A stretch of 60,190 nt of DNA, counting the filler, from Thelocarpon superellum (lineage: Eukaryota): NCBI GenBank assembly GCA_026025795.1. It is 2 parts of 2 records of this genome, joined end to end, with 100 filler letters (N's around TTAATTAATTAA, not from the genome) between each part and the next. Parts side by side here need not be neighbours in the genome. Positions count along the whole stretch, not along the records: positions 1 to 30,082 come from JAPEUG010000209.1; positions 30,183 to 60,190 come from JAPEUG010000210.1. One strand, given 5' to 3'. This document shows, one piece after another, positions 24,532 through 36,398 of this stretch (position 1 is its first letter; every line of letters starts with the position of its first letter). Below the pieces are notes generated by a model. The model saw nothing but the letters and a program-made list of their open reading frames with translations. It did no database searches and was not told the origin of the DNA. A program made the translations under genes and the position numbers.

Positions 24532-25761
24532 ATGGCAGCCGTTCCAGGCCTTCTCGACAAGGCGGTCGTCTTGATGCTGAATCTTCCCCCTGCTGCTTTC
24601 TGTGGCATCGACCTTCTCTCCTTCACGAGCTCTCCTCGCTTCCACGGCATTAAGGAGCTTCCCGCGGGCTGGCACTTTGTCTTCACGGGCGCGACGACGT
24701 CGCTCTCCCTCCGTCATGGTGTCTGGTTCAAAGTCGATCCACCCAACGCTGGTCCGGCAGAGGTGCTAGTTCGCAAGTGGAACTCTGACCAAGAGGTGCT
24801 GGTGCCGGAAAAGGACGAGGTGGAGCTCTTCCGGTGGAAAGCAAACCTCGGCAGTATCTGGAAGGAGGGACTGACTCCCTATCGACAATCCGCGTCCGCC
24901 GCAGCAGACGGAGAAGCTTCAAGCCGCGTCGAGGGGGAAGGAAAGGACTGGAGGCAGCTCACGGACTACATTACGCCGTCGTTGTTAAGCAGAGTGACGG
25001 GCGGCGAGTGGAACGAATGGAGCTTGACTTCGGCCAGCTCAGCCAAAGTCGACCGCGATGACATTCCAGGATTATCAGGAGAAGAAAACGCCGCCAGGCC
25101 CGAGAAGGAGCTCAATTTCCTCCCGGTCAACCTCAAACAAACCTGGCGAAGCGGAGCGATCGGTCGAGAGCGTACAGAGGCAGCCAAGGATCGGTCTTGG
25201 GCGCTGGGCGACGTCATCCGGAACTACTGCTCCTGGAGCGAGGAGATGGAGATCGTAGGCGAGATGCAGCTCACGTTCCTTATGGTCCTGACCCTCAGCA
25301 ACTTCTCGTGTCTGGAGCAATGGAAGCGGATCCTCAACCTCGTCTTCACCTGTCAAATGGCAGCCAAGGACCGGCCTACACTCTTCACGCGGATTCTGAA
25401 GCTACTCAAATTACAGCTACAGCATTGCAACGACGTCGAGGGCGGTCTCTTTGACCTGAGCGATGAAGGGGGCGTGATGTTGAAGCAGCTCCTCCGAAAC
25501 TTCCGGCGCGGGCTCGAAGATGTCTTCGGCACGGAGGAATCCGAGGTCAAAGACTGCTGCCAGGAGCTGGAGACGTACATGAAGACGGAGTATGGGTGGG
25601 ACCTGGGCGACTCCTACGTGCGCAGCGGCATGCTCCAGCTGGAGGACGGCGAGCGGGTGGAGATGGACGTCAACGATCTGGAAGGGGAAGATGAGCGCGG
25701 CGAATTTGCACCCGTAGTTGTGGACCTGGGCGAAGGAGACGGGCACGTGGGGATTGAATGA
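24532..25761 (+). CDS. AAR2: AAR2 family U5 snRNP assembly factor, single exon
   Basis: GIDLLSFTSSPRFHGIKELPAGWHFVF, DRSWALG, GEMQLTFLMVLTLSNFSCLEQWKRIL, EDERGEFAPVVV. Confidence 0.92.
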   Translation: MAAVPGLLDKAVVLMLNLPPAAFCGIDLLSFTSSPRFHGIKELPAGWHFVFTGATTSLSLRHGVWFKVDPPNAGPAEVLVRKWNSDQEVLVPEKDEVELFRWKANLGSIWKEGLTPYRQSASAAADGEASSRVEGEGKDWRQLTDYITPSLLSRVTGGEWNEWSLTSASSAKVDRDDIPGLSGEENAARPEKELNFLPVNLKQTWRSGAIGRERTEAAKDRSWALGDVIRNYCSWSEEMEIVGEMQLTFLMVLTLSNFSCLEQWKRILNLVFTCQMAAKDRPTLFTRILKLLKLQLQHCNDVEGGLFDLSDEGGVMLKQLLRNFRRGLEDVFGTEESEVKDCCQELETYMKTEYGWDLGDSYVRSGMLQLEDGERVEMDVNDLEGEDERGEFAPVVVDLGEGDGHVGIE

Positions 25762-26250
25762 CTTTTTTGCTCGGAACCTGCTGGGAGTCTGGACGTGTTG
25801 CTTCTCCCCGGTACGCTGGGCCTGGCGATGGATGGGGCTTACCAGGTCTGCAGGGTCGTTGCTAGTGGTGCTGAGAGAGTGTCCATTTGGTTCCTCCTAG
25901 AGGCGCTGGTGGCGCTGGTCGGGTCCCTTCGATCCCTCCTGCAGAAGGCGTTGGTAGATCCGAGGTATATCTCCCCTCGATTCGTGCATTTTGCTTTGTT
26001 GCTGCGGGATCATATCTCGAATCGAATCAAGTCACAAGTGCATCATCAGTATTACCGACGCACACCACATAACGTAAAGGAGTATGATCACAGCATGCGG
26101 TCGGAGGGATTTTGCTTCTATTCTTCAGATGGCAAGACCCAGCACTCGAAACACACCATGATTGCACGACGCAGGCCCAATCCATTGTGCCACTGCCATC
26201 GCTGCCCGCATTTCCCGTCCCAACGTCGCGTCTTCCACCACCCAGCCCCG

Positions 26251-26880
26251 TCAACGATATGACTTCTGGAATCTTGCTCTCGCACCTGGTCCACCGAACT
26301 TCTTGGGCTCACACCGTCGGTTATCCGCCACCAGTAGCGTCCGGTCGTATTGCACCAGCGCCTGCTTCAGCGTATTCTTGGAGTGCTCGTCGACGTATTT
26401 CTGGTAGTAGGCCACGATCGACTTGGCGATGGCCTGTCGGATGGCGTAGACTTGCGACGTATGACCACCTCCTCGCACCCGCACGCGAATGTCCACCTTG
26501 GCGAACTTGTCCAAGCCGACGACGAGAAGGGGTTCGTAGACCTGACGAGGGCATGTCAGATGGTCACTCGTTAGAGCCGAGCGACTGGACCTGTTTTGCG
26601 AACCTTGAAGCGGAGGATCTCGGGTTGTGTGAGCGCCAGCGGCTTTCCGTTGACCTTCACAAGGCCCTTGCCAGTCTGTTCATGGAGCTGTCAGTCCCGT
26701 GGCCCCCAGTTCCGCAATGTCTGCGATGCAGCGCGGCTGTCGAGGCATACCTTGCAGTGAGCGACGGCCGTGGCTGTACACGTTCAATTAGTAAATTTTT
26801 TTCTTCGTCGAAATGTGTGCCCGTAGCTTACCTGTCTTCTTCTTACCGAAGCACTGCACACTCTGCGCCGTCGAGGCCAT
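26251..26880 (-). CDS. RPS16: 40S ribosomal protein S16 (uS9), 4 exons
   Basis: [18 protein letters not shown]...[19 protein letters not shown]...[31 protein letters not shown]. Confidence 0.98.
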
Positions 26881-27109
26881 GATTGCTCGGTGCTACGTTG
26901 ACAGGGTTTATGAGGATCGATGGATGGTCAATCGTCCAAGTTGTCCATGCTCGGGTTGATTTCGGCCAGGTCGTTGCGCGTCCTCCACTAAGCGAGGCGA
27001 GGCAGGCGGTGGCAGTTAGGGTTGACCCGCTTCGGTAGTAGATACACGTGAGCACGGGAGTGTTCGTACCCAACTTCAACCTTCATGAGCCAACGACAAC
27101 ACTTTTCAG

Positions 27110-28174
27110 ATGTGGGCCTCAGGCTGTCTCTATGCATTCGGCTCGAACGGTGCTGGACAACTCGGGATTGGTCACAGAAATGATGTATCTGTACCCACGC
27201 TCTCCAACTCAGCTGTGGAGGTATCTGGCGTCCCGATAAAGATAGCCTCGGGGGGCAACCATACCCTGGTCCTTTTCTCGTCCGGCACAACATATGCCAC
27301 GGGAGTGAATCGCGACGGGAGATGCGGCAGTCTGCCTGAGTATGATCATGAACGCTTCGAGAAGTTCTACAACCCGCATAATGAGGCGGTCATCCTCAGT
27401 ACAGCTACCTGGGAAGCATCCTTCCTCGTGACGCGCAACTCCGTGGTCTACGCCTCTGGCTCGGGATCAAAAGGAGAACTTGGCCATGGAGAGGATCGAG
27501 CTAGGATCTCGTCACCCCTGGCTATCCCAGAGTTTATACCTCCAGGAAGTCGGATCGTTGACCTATCAGCTTGCGTGGGACACGTCGTCGCGGTGCTATC
27601 CAATGGCGACGTTTATGGGTGGGGCAACGGTCGCAAAGGCCAGCTTGGAGAGCCAGCGTCGATCGTATGGTCTCCGAGGAAGATCGAAGGCGTGGAATTC
27701 AAAGTCGTTCGGGCCGTCTGTGGCCGAGAATTTACCTACCTCCTCGGGTCTTCGGACGAAGGACAACACGCACTTCTGGGCTCCGACAAGTGGAACGTCC
27801 GACGTTCCATGCCAAGTAAGATCCGTGGGTGGACCAACGTGCAGGCGAGCTGGGGAAGCATCTACGTGCTCTTCTCGGACCACACTGTTCGCTCATGGGG
27901 TCGTGACGACCACGGTCAACTAGCTCCGGCAGGCCTTCCTCCTCTGCGTACCATCGCGGTCGGGAGTGAGCATGCCCTGGGCCTGACCGTGGACGGGCGA
28001 TTGTTTGCATGGGGCTGGGGTGAGCATGGCAACTGTGGACCCACTGTTGACGTCGATGGAGATGTCAAGCACCGGCTGAACGAAGTGTCGGTGGGCCGCG
28101 AGGATTCGGGCGCCACGAAAGAAATGAGGTTCATTGGTGCAGGATGTGCCACGAGCTGGATCTGGATTGTTTGA
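27110..28174 (+). CDS. RCC1/BLIP-II beta-propeller protein (Ats1/Kti13-like)
   Basis: Repeats LYAFGSNGAGQLGIG, VYGWGNGRKGQLG, SWGRDDHGQL, AWGWGEHGNCG, and C-terminal GAGCATSWI typical of Ats1. Confidence 0.85.
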   Translation: MWASGCLYAFGSNGAGQLGIGHRNDVSVPTLSNSAVEVSGVPIKIASGGNHTLVLFSSGTTYATGVNRDGRCGSLPEYDHERFEKFYNPHNEAVILSTATWEASFLVTRNSVVYASGSGSKGELGHGEDRARISSPLAIPEFIPPGSRIVDLSACVGHVVAVLSNGDVYGWGNGRKGQLGEPASIVWSPRKIEGVEFKVVRAVCGREFTYLLGSSDEGQHALLGSDKWNVRRSMPSKIRGWTNVQASWGSIYVLFSDHTVRSWGRDDHGQLAPAGLPPLRTIAVGSEHALGLTVDGRLFAWGWGEHGNCGPTVDVDGDVKHRLNEVSVGREDSGATKEMRFIGAGCATSWIWIV

Positions 28175-28266
28175 GATCGCTTTTATATTCCTCCTTATGA
28201 CGCTCGCTCATATCTTAAGCGGTGTTGCTTTCTTCTTTGCAATATACCCTCATCATACCTCTGCGT

Positions 28267-29947
28267 CTAATCGTCGAAGATGCCACGGACCTTGTAAAGT
28301 CAGCCAGCTTCGACATTCCTTATAATAGTGAGCATACCTCGGAGATCCGCTGTGTTGGCGCGATACGCTGGTCGCTCGCGTCGTCCCCTGTTCCCGGCGG
28401 ACGTGCTCTTTCTTCGACGACCGGAGAGCGGTCTTTGGAAAAGACGCTCCGGGAGCGGAGATTCTGCGCATTCGAATCAGCTCGTGGCTTACCTTGGGTA
28501 AAAGGACGCCTACGGTATCAGCACTCGGATCCCAGCCCAGAACATCTTCATCGGCTTCGTCCGACCCATTCTCATCCCACCTACGGTCGTCATCGCCTTC
28601 GGGAAAGAAGAGGCTTCGATTATCCAGACTCGCTTTGGGCGGCGCTGGAATTGGCCGCTTCTCGCGTTGGCTGCCACGAGCGGATCGAAAACTTCGAACG
28701 GCGGGTCGCTCTGGCGGGGGCATCTGGGTAGGTACAGGCCTTGACTCGGTCGACTCTTCTGGTGGGACCGGTGCGCTGTTTGTCGGCTTGCTGATGGTCT
28801 TGCTGGCGATCTGCGCTGTCGGGGCCGAGCCCCCACGGAAGTCGCCGATTGTCATGAGCGTGTACTCGCACAGCATGCCGTCACCTTCGTAGGAGATCTG
28901 CATCGGCTTCGTAGGACTGGAGTAGAGCGCCGCGACGGTGGCGTTGATGGTATCGCCATGGTAGACGATGGCCTTGAAATCTTTCACGCTGATGGCGATG
29001 TGGAGTTTTTCCTCGACGACGAACTCCTCAAATTCGAGGCTGTCAACTGCAACCGATGTTTGTAGGGGTTGCTTCAAAAGCTCTGCGAAGGCGTGGTCAG
29101 CGGCGATCAACCGGCACGAAGACGGCCGTGGAGCTTTCTCTACCTTTGCCGTCCATGATCTTCTCAGTGTAGCTGGTGAACGTGACGCGGCCATTCTCAG
29201 AGTAGATGTCGAGCTGCTCCGTCTTAGGTCCGAAGTGCTCGGTGAACTCCTTGAGCATCCTCGACGACACCTTCCATCGGTTTGCTGCCGTCTCTCTGTC
29301 GAAAAGGGCGTGCATCACCTCGGTAGATTCGTAGGTTAGCTTGTAAGTCTTGATGACCCCTGTCGGCATATTCAGCTGGTGAAGCCTGACGAGGGTCTTC
29401 TTAATGCCGCAATTGGCCGTACCATGTCTGCACATCATCTTGACCAATAGTCGACATTCGGCCACGCCTGGTCGGTCCTGGATACTGAGCTCACATCGCT
29501 CAATGGCCGTGTCTCTGTCTCGTGCGTCCAGCAAACGACCCTTGAAGACGGACAAGAGCGCCTGTGAGAGATGATCAGCGACGCAGCATCTTTATATTTG
29601 TGCCAAAGACCATTGACCTTGTTGTAGATTCTGCATGTAAACCGTCCTCCATCGGCCTCACTCGGCCTCGGAATGCGACTGCTGGAGGGCACGAAATGAT
29701 ATTTGGAGCAGAATCTAGTGCTATCGAAGCTAAAACATGCGTGTGCAGATTTGGATGAGTTGAGGGTAGAAAGGACTAGCTGGAGCCCGTCAGTGTCTGG
29801 AGAGTGACGGCCCTGGCAATTAAGATGGTTTACCTTGTCTTTGCGTGCTTCGATTGAGACGGACTCGTTAAACTTCCCAAGGCACACCAAAACATCATGG
29901 ATCCGTCCCACCGCCTCGGGGGTCAAGATCAAATTGAGCGTCGGCAT
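28267..29947 (-). CDS. RAD9: 9-1-1 checkpoint clamp subunit Rad9/Ddc1, multi-exon
   Basis: CLGKFNESVSIEA, LNSSKSAHACFSF, IKTYKLTYE, EHFGPKTEQLDI, AISVKDFKAIV, then an unstructured tail ending PTQRISEVRGIFDD*. Confidence 0.9.
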
Positions 29948-30082
29948 CTTTGAGGCCACGAGAGCTCATCACGATGCGATGCCCTGGTCTACATCACGCT
30001 CCCATCCGAAGTCGTGGGTGAGCAAGAGCAGCTGGAACGGAGGGTCAACATGTCGCCTTGCCAGGAGCTAAATCGCCTGCCC

Positions 30083-30182
30083 NNNNNNNNNNNNNNNNNN
30101 NNNNNNNNNNNNNNNNNNNNNNNNNNTTAATTAATTAANNNNNNNNNNNNNNNNNNNNNNNNNNNNNNNNNNNNNNNNNNNN
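30083..30182. other. Assembly gap / artificial contig linker (N44-TTAATTAATTAA-N44)
   Basis: Symmetric N runs around TTAATTAATTAA (30127-30138), which places stop codons in all six frames. Confidence 0.95.
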
Positions 30183-30297
30183 ACGTGTTCTAAAGTAAGT
30201 ATGCAAATGTCAAGAATGCTGCAATCGTGGTCGTGCCCCAGGGCCATGGCCAGTGCAGGAAAAGAAGATGATGAAAGGAGACAAAGGAAGACAGGCA

Positions 30298-33200
30298 TCA
30301 TCCCGCTGATGTGTCCATCGTCTCCTCTGCCCCTTCAACTCCGCTCGTTGCGGCTACCGCCGCTGCCACCTTCTGGCTTTTCCGCTCGGCTTTGAACTCT
30401 TCAATCTTGGCTTTGAGCGCCGTGTCTACCGGACGTTAGCTACGCCATTCGTCGTCGATGGATCTGATCAGGTCAAGAGGAACCCACCAGATACCACGTC
30501 TTCAATCTTCAACGGCGCTCGATTGAAAGGGTCATTCGGATCACTTAACAAATGTGACCGGATCGTCGACCGGTCGATTGACACCTTGGAGGCGGGCAGA
30601 ATCACCGGATCCTCCATCAACGAATACATGAGGGGGTCTATCGATGGTTAGCGACGGTCTAGATCCAGAAGTTGGGAGGTACCGAGGAATTCGTCTGGAA
30701 TCTCCCCCAGATCTTCTTCGGCCTGGTCGTCCGCTTCCTTGGCGACGCGAATCTTCTCGCCCAAATTCGTCCACTTGGTGAGGTCTTCCGCCGACTTGAG
30801 CGCCCACTTCCTGAGAATCACCGTGGCTTTCTCAAAGTTGGAGGGTTTGTAGGATCGCCCATCCCGTGCCACCGCTTCGATGAAGGAGATCTTGCCGCCC
30901 AGATTGAGATAGACGTCCACGAGCTCCGACAGCAGATGCTTCGCGTCAAAGTTGTACTTGTCCGGATCCCGCACCTTGAGGTTGCTGCTCTTCGGGCCCA
31001 CCATCGCCTCCAGATTGTAGTCCAGCATGTCTGCCAGCCGTTGCACAATCTCCGGCATCGTAAAGGACGTCGCCAGGGCCTCCGTGAACAGATTCAGCAT
31101 CGCCACCGTCTCGTTCGTCAGCTGCATGTAGTTTCGAGCCGACGACTCCGCCGCCGTCAATGCCCCCTCCTGCTCCGTCCGCTCATCGCCCTCCAGCGAC
31201 TGATCTTCGAGCGTCTTCTGGAGATCGTGGATCTTGCCAAAGGCCGTGAGGGATTCGTCCAGCACAAACGTCACGTCGTTAAGAAGGAGGTTGACGAAGC
31301 GTACAAAGAAGTCCACGTTGACCCTGTCTTCGTCAGCCATTCCACATCAGAAGCAGAGAAAGCGAGAGGGGGTCCGGACGTACTTGCTCTCCGTCGAGAG
31401 GTTCTCGCGATAGATGGGATTGGACCAGATGCACTTGATCACCTGGAAGATCTCGTACCGAATGTTGAACTTGTCATAGAACTGCGTGTGCGCGCCCGTG
31501 TTCTCCACCTCTATGCAACCTTAGACGCGCGTCGGTAATGGAGCATTCTCCACTCACCAATGTAGAACTTCATCAACGAGTGCAAGAGATGCTGGGTGGC
31601 AAACGGCAAGGAGTTGAGCAGATCCCCCAGCACCCCTCGTTGACGGCCATAGGCCGGCCAGACCCCACGGAAGAGAATCCCAACCAGTCCGGCTTTGAGA
31701 TATGGATTCCGGATGTACTCGGAGCTTCGAAGGAAGGTGATGCACAGGGTCACGAGCTCATCGCCCTGCGTGGACGTCATGAAGTTTGGCACATGCGTAA
31801 AGATGAACTTGAACACGCCGATGACGTTTTCCAGAAAGTACTCGGGCAGGCACCGAAACACTTCGGGAATCGTGGCGCGGAGGGGGAGCCCGGGCGGTTT
31901 GGCGGGGTACGCATGGTCGGCCGCGACCATCTTCAGCAACCAGACGATGACATATCGCATGAACTGCATCGATCGAGCCTGGGTGAGCTCGTCGTAGAGC
32001 ACGCCCTGGACAGCGTACTTCAACGCCAGGCCTCGGTCAATGGCCGTCTCGCATTTCTTCATCGCATTCTGGAAGTTGGGCCATTGTGGCGTGGCCACCC
32101 ATTTGGCCCGTTCCGCTTGGAAGCGTTCCAGTTGCTTTTCCAGATGCTTGAGGTCCTTCTCCAGCTGGTCAAGCTTCGTCACCGTCGCCTCCGTGCCGTA
32201 GTGGTGCCCGGCAAGAGTGAGGAAGAAGACCTCGGAGATGAAGTTCGACGTGCCCTCTGCCGGCTGCGCGTAAAAGGCGTCCGACGCGTTCGCGTCGGCG
32301 TTGAGCTTGGTCTCTTCCTTGATATCGAGCCGTGGCGTCCGTCGGAGGTAGTCGACGTCGATGCGATCGATCTAGGCATTGCATGAGCGCATCGCCACAG
32401 GTCGCCAGATCAGACCAGACTTACCTTTGAGAAGGTGGCGTCCATGAACGGCTCACACAGTTGATCGAGACACACCGTGACGTTGATCATGAACCCATCC
32501 GATGACACCGTCCGGCTGTCCACTTGCATCGCTCGACGCTTGTGATTCAGGTTGATCGCCCGCGCGAACCAATCCAGCATCTGGTCGCGCGCCTCCTTGG
32601 AGGCGCGGATAATGTGGTTCACGATGTCGAGCAAGTCTGTCTGATGCGTCCGCAGCGTCAGTCGTAGCGCCTTCTGCGAATTGAAAATGTAGCCCTTGTC
32701 CCTCGTCTTCGGACTCGAGAAGTAATTGATGGTGACTTGGGGCTGGAGTGGAGACAGCGCGAACAAGGGGCCCAGGAACGTGTCGCTCTCTAGGTGTTGC
32801 GCCGTCGTGCGCGCTTTCAACCACGTGGGTGAGCGGACGATGGCGTCGACCACGTTTGGAAATCGCACGGCATTCTTCAGCGCCTGGTAGGGCATCAGCC
32901 CATCGGCCCACCGTCTGCCATCTAGCCACGCTTGATGAGACGCACCATTACATGAGGCTTGAAATCGTCATTCATCGTCAAGCGCGCCAGCTGTCGGCTG
33001 ACTTCTTCGAGCGCGTCCATCAAGACCTGCTGGACCGAATCATCGTCCTCCCAGCGTGACACGGCCTCGGTGAAGAAGTCATGGCACACTCCGCGATCGG
33101 AGTCGGGGTCAGCGAGGAGGCAGAGGGTGAAGGGATTGTTTGTCGGCGGTTCTCTTCTGCCCACGATCAGCGCCAGTCCTCAAGGAATACGCTGGGTGCC

Positions 33201-34097
33201 AGACAAACCCAAACATGTCAGGAAGAGACACAGAGAAGATGCAGTAACTGAAGCACAGCCGTCTGGCTTCTTTCACGATTGCCTGTCTGGGATCATCTGG
33301 TCGAGCCGTCTTGGTTGCTCGTGCCTGTCGGATGACCCGTTTCCAGCACCCCATCAGGTAGTGTAGCGGGGTCTCGTCTTGTACCTCTGTTGCTGCCTCC
33401 AGTATCGCTTGCTCGAGTACGGCCACGCTGATCCTTAACGTCGCGTGCTGCTCTTCCAACTCCGCGCGCGTGCTTGGGACATAGTGCAATCGATTACCAT
33501 GAGCATCCTGCAATACATCCGGCCGAAGAGTAACCCGGAAGACGGCGGTCAGAAGCCGATCTTCCCAAACCTCAATCGGCTCCTGCGACGCGCTGGCGGC
33601 GGAGGCTGCTGGACCGGTCGTCGACTTGAGCCCCATGCCGACGCGGGCCGGGCCACGTGCTGGCTGTCGAGGCGTCGAGGAAGAGCTCACAGCAGCGGAG
33701 ATTGGCATCTCGGATGAGGGTCCCTTTCCCGAGGCCTGTTCAACCTGGAGTGCGGATGCTTGTGCACTCGGTGAGATCGGTGAGGGCGTGGGAGGCATGG
33801 GAGAGCTCGAGATGTTGATGCGCGGCCTGGACGGGCCCGAGATCGTCGCGCCACCATCCTGGGCCTGACCGACAGCGACTCCATCCGGTGAGGACCGGCC
33901 TTGTTCTTTGTCTTGGGAAGCCTCTGGACGGTCAGCCCCTCGCGGGGTCGCCTGTGATGCAAGCTTTGCCAGACGTTTGTTGCGAATCTACCACGGTCCC
34001 GGTCAGCTGCATGCTTCCTGCATGCTAGACCACAGCTGGGAGGAGGGGCGGTGGGGTCGGCGCTGACCTTGTCGGCATCCGAGATTGTGTCGGACAT
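30298..34097 (-). CDS. UFD2: Ubiquitin conjugation factor E4 Ufd2 (U-box), multi-exon
   Basis: [69 protein letters not shown]-box [21 protein letters not shown] and DPFNRAPL. Confidence 0.95.
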
Positions 34098-34924
34098 GAT
34101 GGGCTCGGGGGCGTCCAAGCCTACTGTTGACGATCAGAACTCATCTAAGGGTCAGGCGTGGAAAGAGATGAGTAGCACGGACCAGAGAGCGCACTGTAGC
34201 GATGCGCGGTGAGGCCTACAGTGATGCGCGGTCAAGCCTACGGCGGTGCGCGGTGGATCCACCACAGGTGGGGACCCGTTTGATAGTGGGAGCCGCAGTT
34301 CGATTACATTTAGTGATGACAGCCTGCCGCCACTGGCTAGCTGCGTCCAGCTGGCGATGGTCGATGTGGTCTGTGCGGTAGCTGCTGCTCGGCCACTTCA
34401 CGTCACCACCACGTTAACGATGAAGCCAATGGCTTTATTATATTCCTCACCCGATGTGTTTCGGGATCCGGGCAGTCACGTCTGTCAGGGCTCATGTATT
34501 GATTATGCATGGCTCAGTGACGTGACGATAACGTGGGATGTTCTCGGGTCCCGTAATCTGTCGAATGTTCTAGTTCGCGCCCAATTCTGGCTGAGCGCGA
34601 GTACATGGAAGGAGTGGTTGACTGTTAGATTAGCAAAAGGAAATAATCCGTGTCCTTTCCTTTTCCTGATGGCGTAGAAGTCAAGGTTGGCCACACTTCA
34701 GCAGTACTGGCCCCCGGCACGTGCCTGGCGTTTGTCTGGCGTTCTTGTCATTTCACGTTGCTCAACTGCCCGTGATCCCCAGTTACTCCGGTCGCTCACG
34801 TGTGCGTCTTCCACTGAAAGGTTCCCAGAGCTTCGGGGAACAGGGCCAGAAATATACGGGAGGGACTAGGCTACTGGTCCGATGAGTAATCGTCTATCTA
34901 GCAGATATTCTATGGAGATCTCCG

Positions 34925-36398
34925 TCAAAGGATGCCCTTTCGAAATGCCCGAGCGGACGAATTGGCCTCGGGCATGCGCATGCCTAATGGTCCCTCGTCG
35001 CCCGCCTCGGTCCGCAGCCTGACTTCATCAATCTTCCCTCGAGCAAGAGTGATGGCTGGCACAATCCAGCTACCGCAACTGCACTTCATCCCCTGCCACG
35101 CGTACTTACCTATGTTAGCGGTGCATTTAGGACATTCCAACCGTCCGTCGAGCTTCCCTTGGTCCAGCTCCGGCCGCATCCAAGACAACGGACTTAGAAA
35201 GTAGTGCGCGCACGGCGTCGTCGTCCCGGCCACCTCGTCGTCGTCATGCTGAGAAGCCATGGGCGGGTGCTGCGCCAGATAGCGAGAAGTGGCCACGACT
35301 CGTCTGCGTCCAAGTCAGCCAGCGCAGACGATGGGTAACGTCGCGAGACCAAACCTGCATTTCCGGCAGCGTAGCTCCAGATCATCATGCGCCAGATCAT
35401 GCGGCATCGTCTTCTCCTCACGCTCGTCTTCGTATTCTTCCACTGTGGGAGCTTGGCCGCAGGCCAGACTGATGTCCACTTCTCGTTGGAAGAGCCAACG
35501 CTGATAGGCCGGCTCGAGATCGATGTCGACAGGGCAATGCATCTGATGGTATAACTCCAGCTGCGCCTTAAAGCCATCATTGGGGTCGCAGAGTGCTCGG
35601 CCTTCTTGCACCCGCGCCAGGGCCGCGTGAGGGCTGAGGCGAGACTTCTGCATCAAGTACGCCAGCACACATGTCGCAGACCGAGATTTTCCCATGGCAC
35701 TGCAGTATCCCGTTGGCATGCGGACAGAAGTCATGGACAGCCCATTCAGAGGAAATACGCGACGTAGGAAGATGGGCATGGCCAGAATGCATGCCCAAAT
35801 AGAGAGAAGCTGAGCCGAAGGAGGACACCGCCCGATGGACGGCCGCGCTTCTTCTTCCGACAAGTCCCGAAGATTCAGAAGGTCGGCACGATGAGAGGCG
35901 TTGACGTGGGGCATACGCATTGAGGTGGATGAAAACCGAGAGAAGTTCTTACCAATGCACGAGAACGCCGCCTCCGCCATCGAGACCACGTTGGATGAAA
36001 TCGTTGGTCTGGGGGAAATGCGCGAGCAAGTTCTCATCGTCAACATCATCCACTTCGACGACCCTGTGCTCATAGCCGCTAAAGAGCGTTTTATCGAGCG
36101 GCAGACGTAGCACTGACAGGACATGCGTGATATTGGCCTCGCGCAGTGCCTCTTTGCGTCGCAGGGCGAACATGCTAAGGGTCCCAGCCAGGTCAGGGTC
36201 TCGGCCATACTGGTAGTTGCCTGCAACGACGGGCATCTGGCGCGACGGGGCTAGGGCAAGAGGGAGGACGAGGGCGAATGAGCTTGCTGCGACCGGGTGC
36301 GGGTCGGGGGCGTGGGGGCAATGGGGCAAGGGGTGGTCATATCCCACGTACCCGCCAATATAGATCTTCTCATCTCCCGGTACCCTGTCCAGCGCCAT
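34925..36398 (-). CDS. YVH1: Dual-specificity phosphatase Yvh1/DUSP12 with C-terminal zinc-binding domain
   Basis: ITHVLSVL, VLVHCAMGKSRSAT (HCX5R), PNDGFKAQLELY, LRCRKCR, GRLECPKCTANIGKYAWQGMKCSCGSWIVPA. Confidence 0.93.

Noticed and set aside
35700..35952. Hairpins plus an ANANNA motif in the long YVH1 intron 2 as an H/ACA snoRNA
   Set aside because: No correctly placed ACA box and no identifiable pseudouridylation pocket.
36175..36351. Stop-free, 3n (177-nt) YVH1 intron 1 as a retained coding insert
   Set aside because: It has canonical splice signals and retention would disrupt the phosphatase fold; stop-free introns are common at this GC content.
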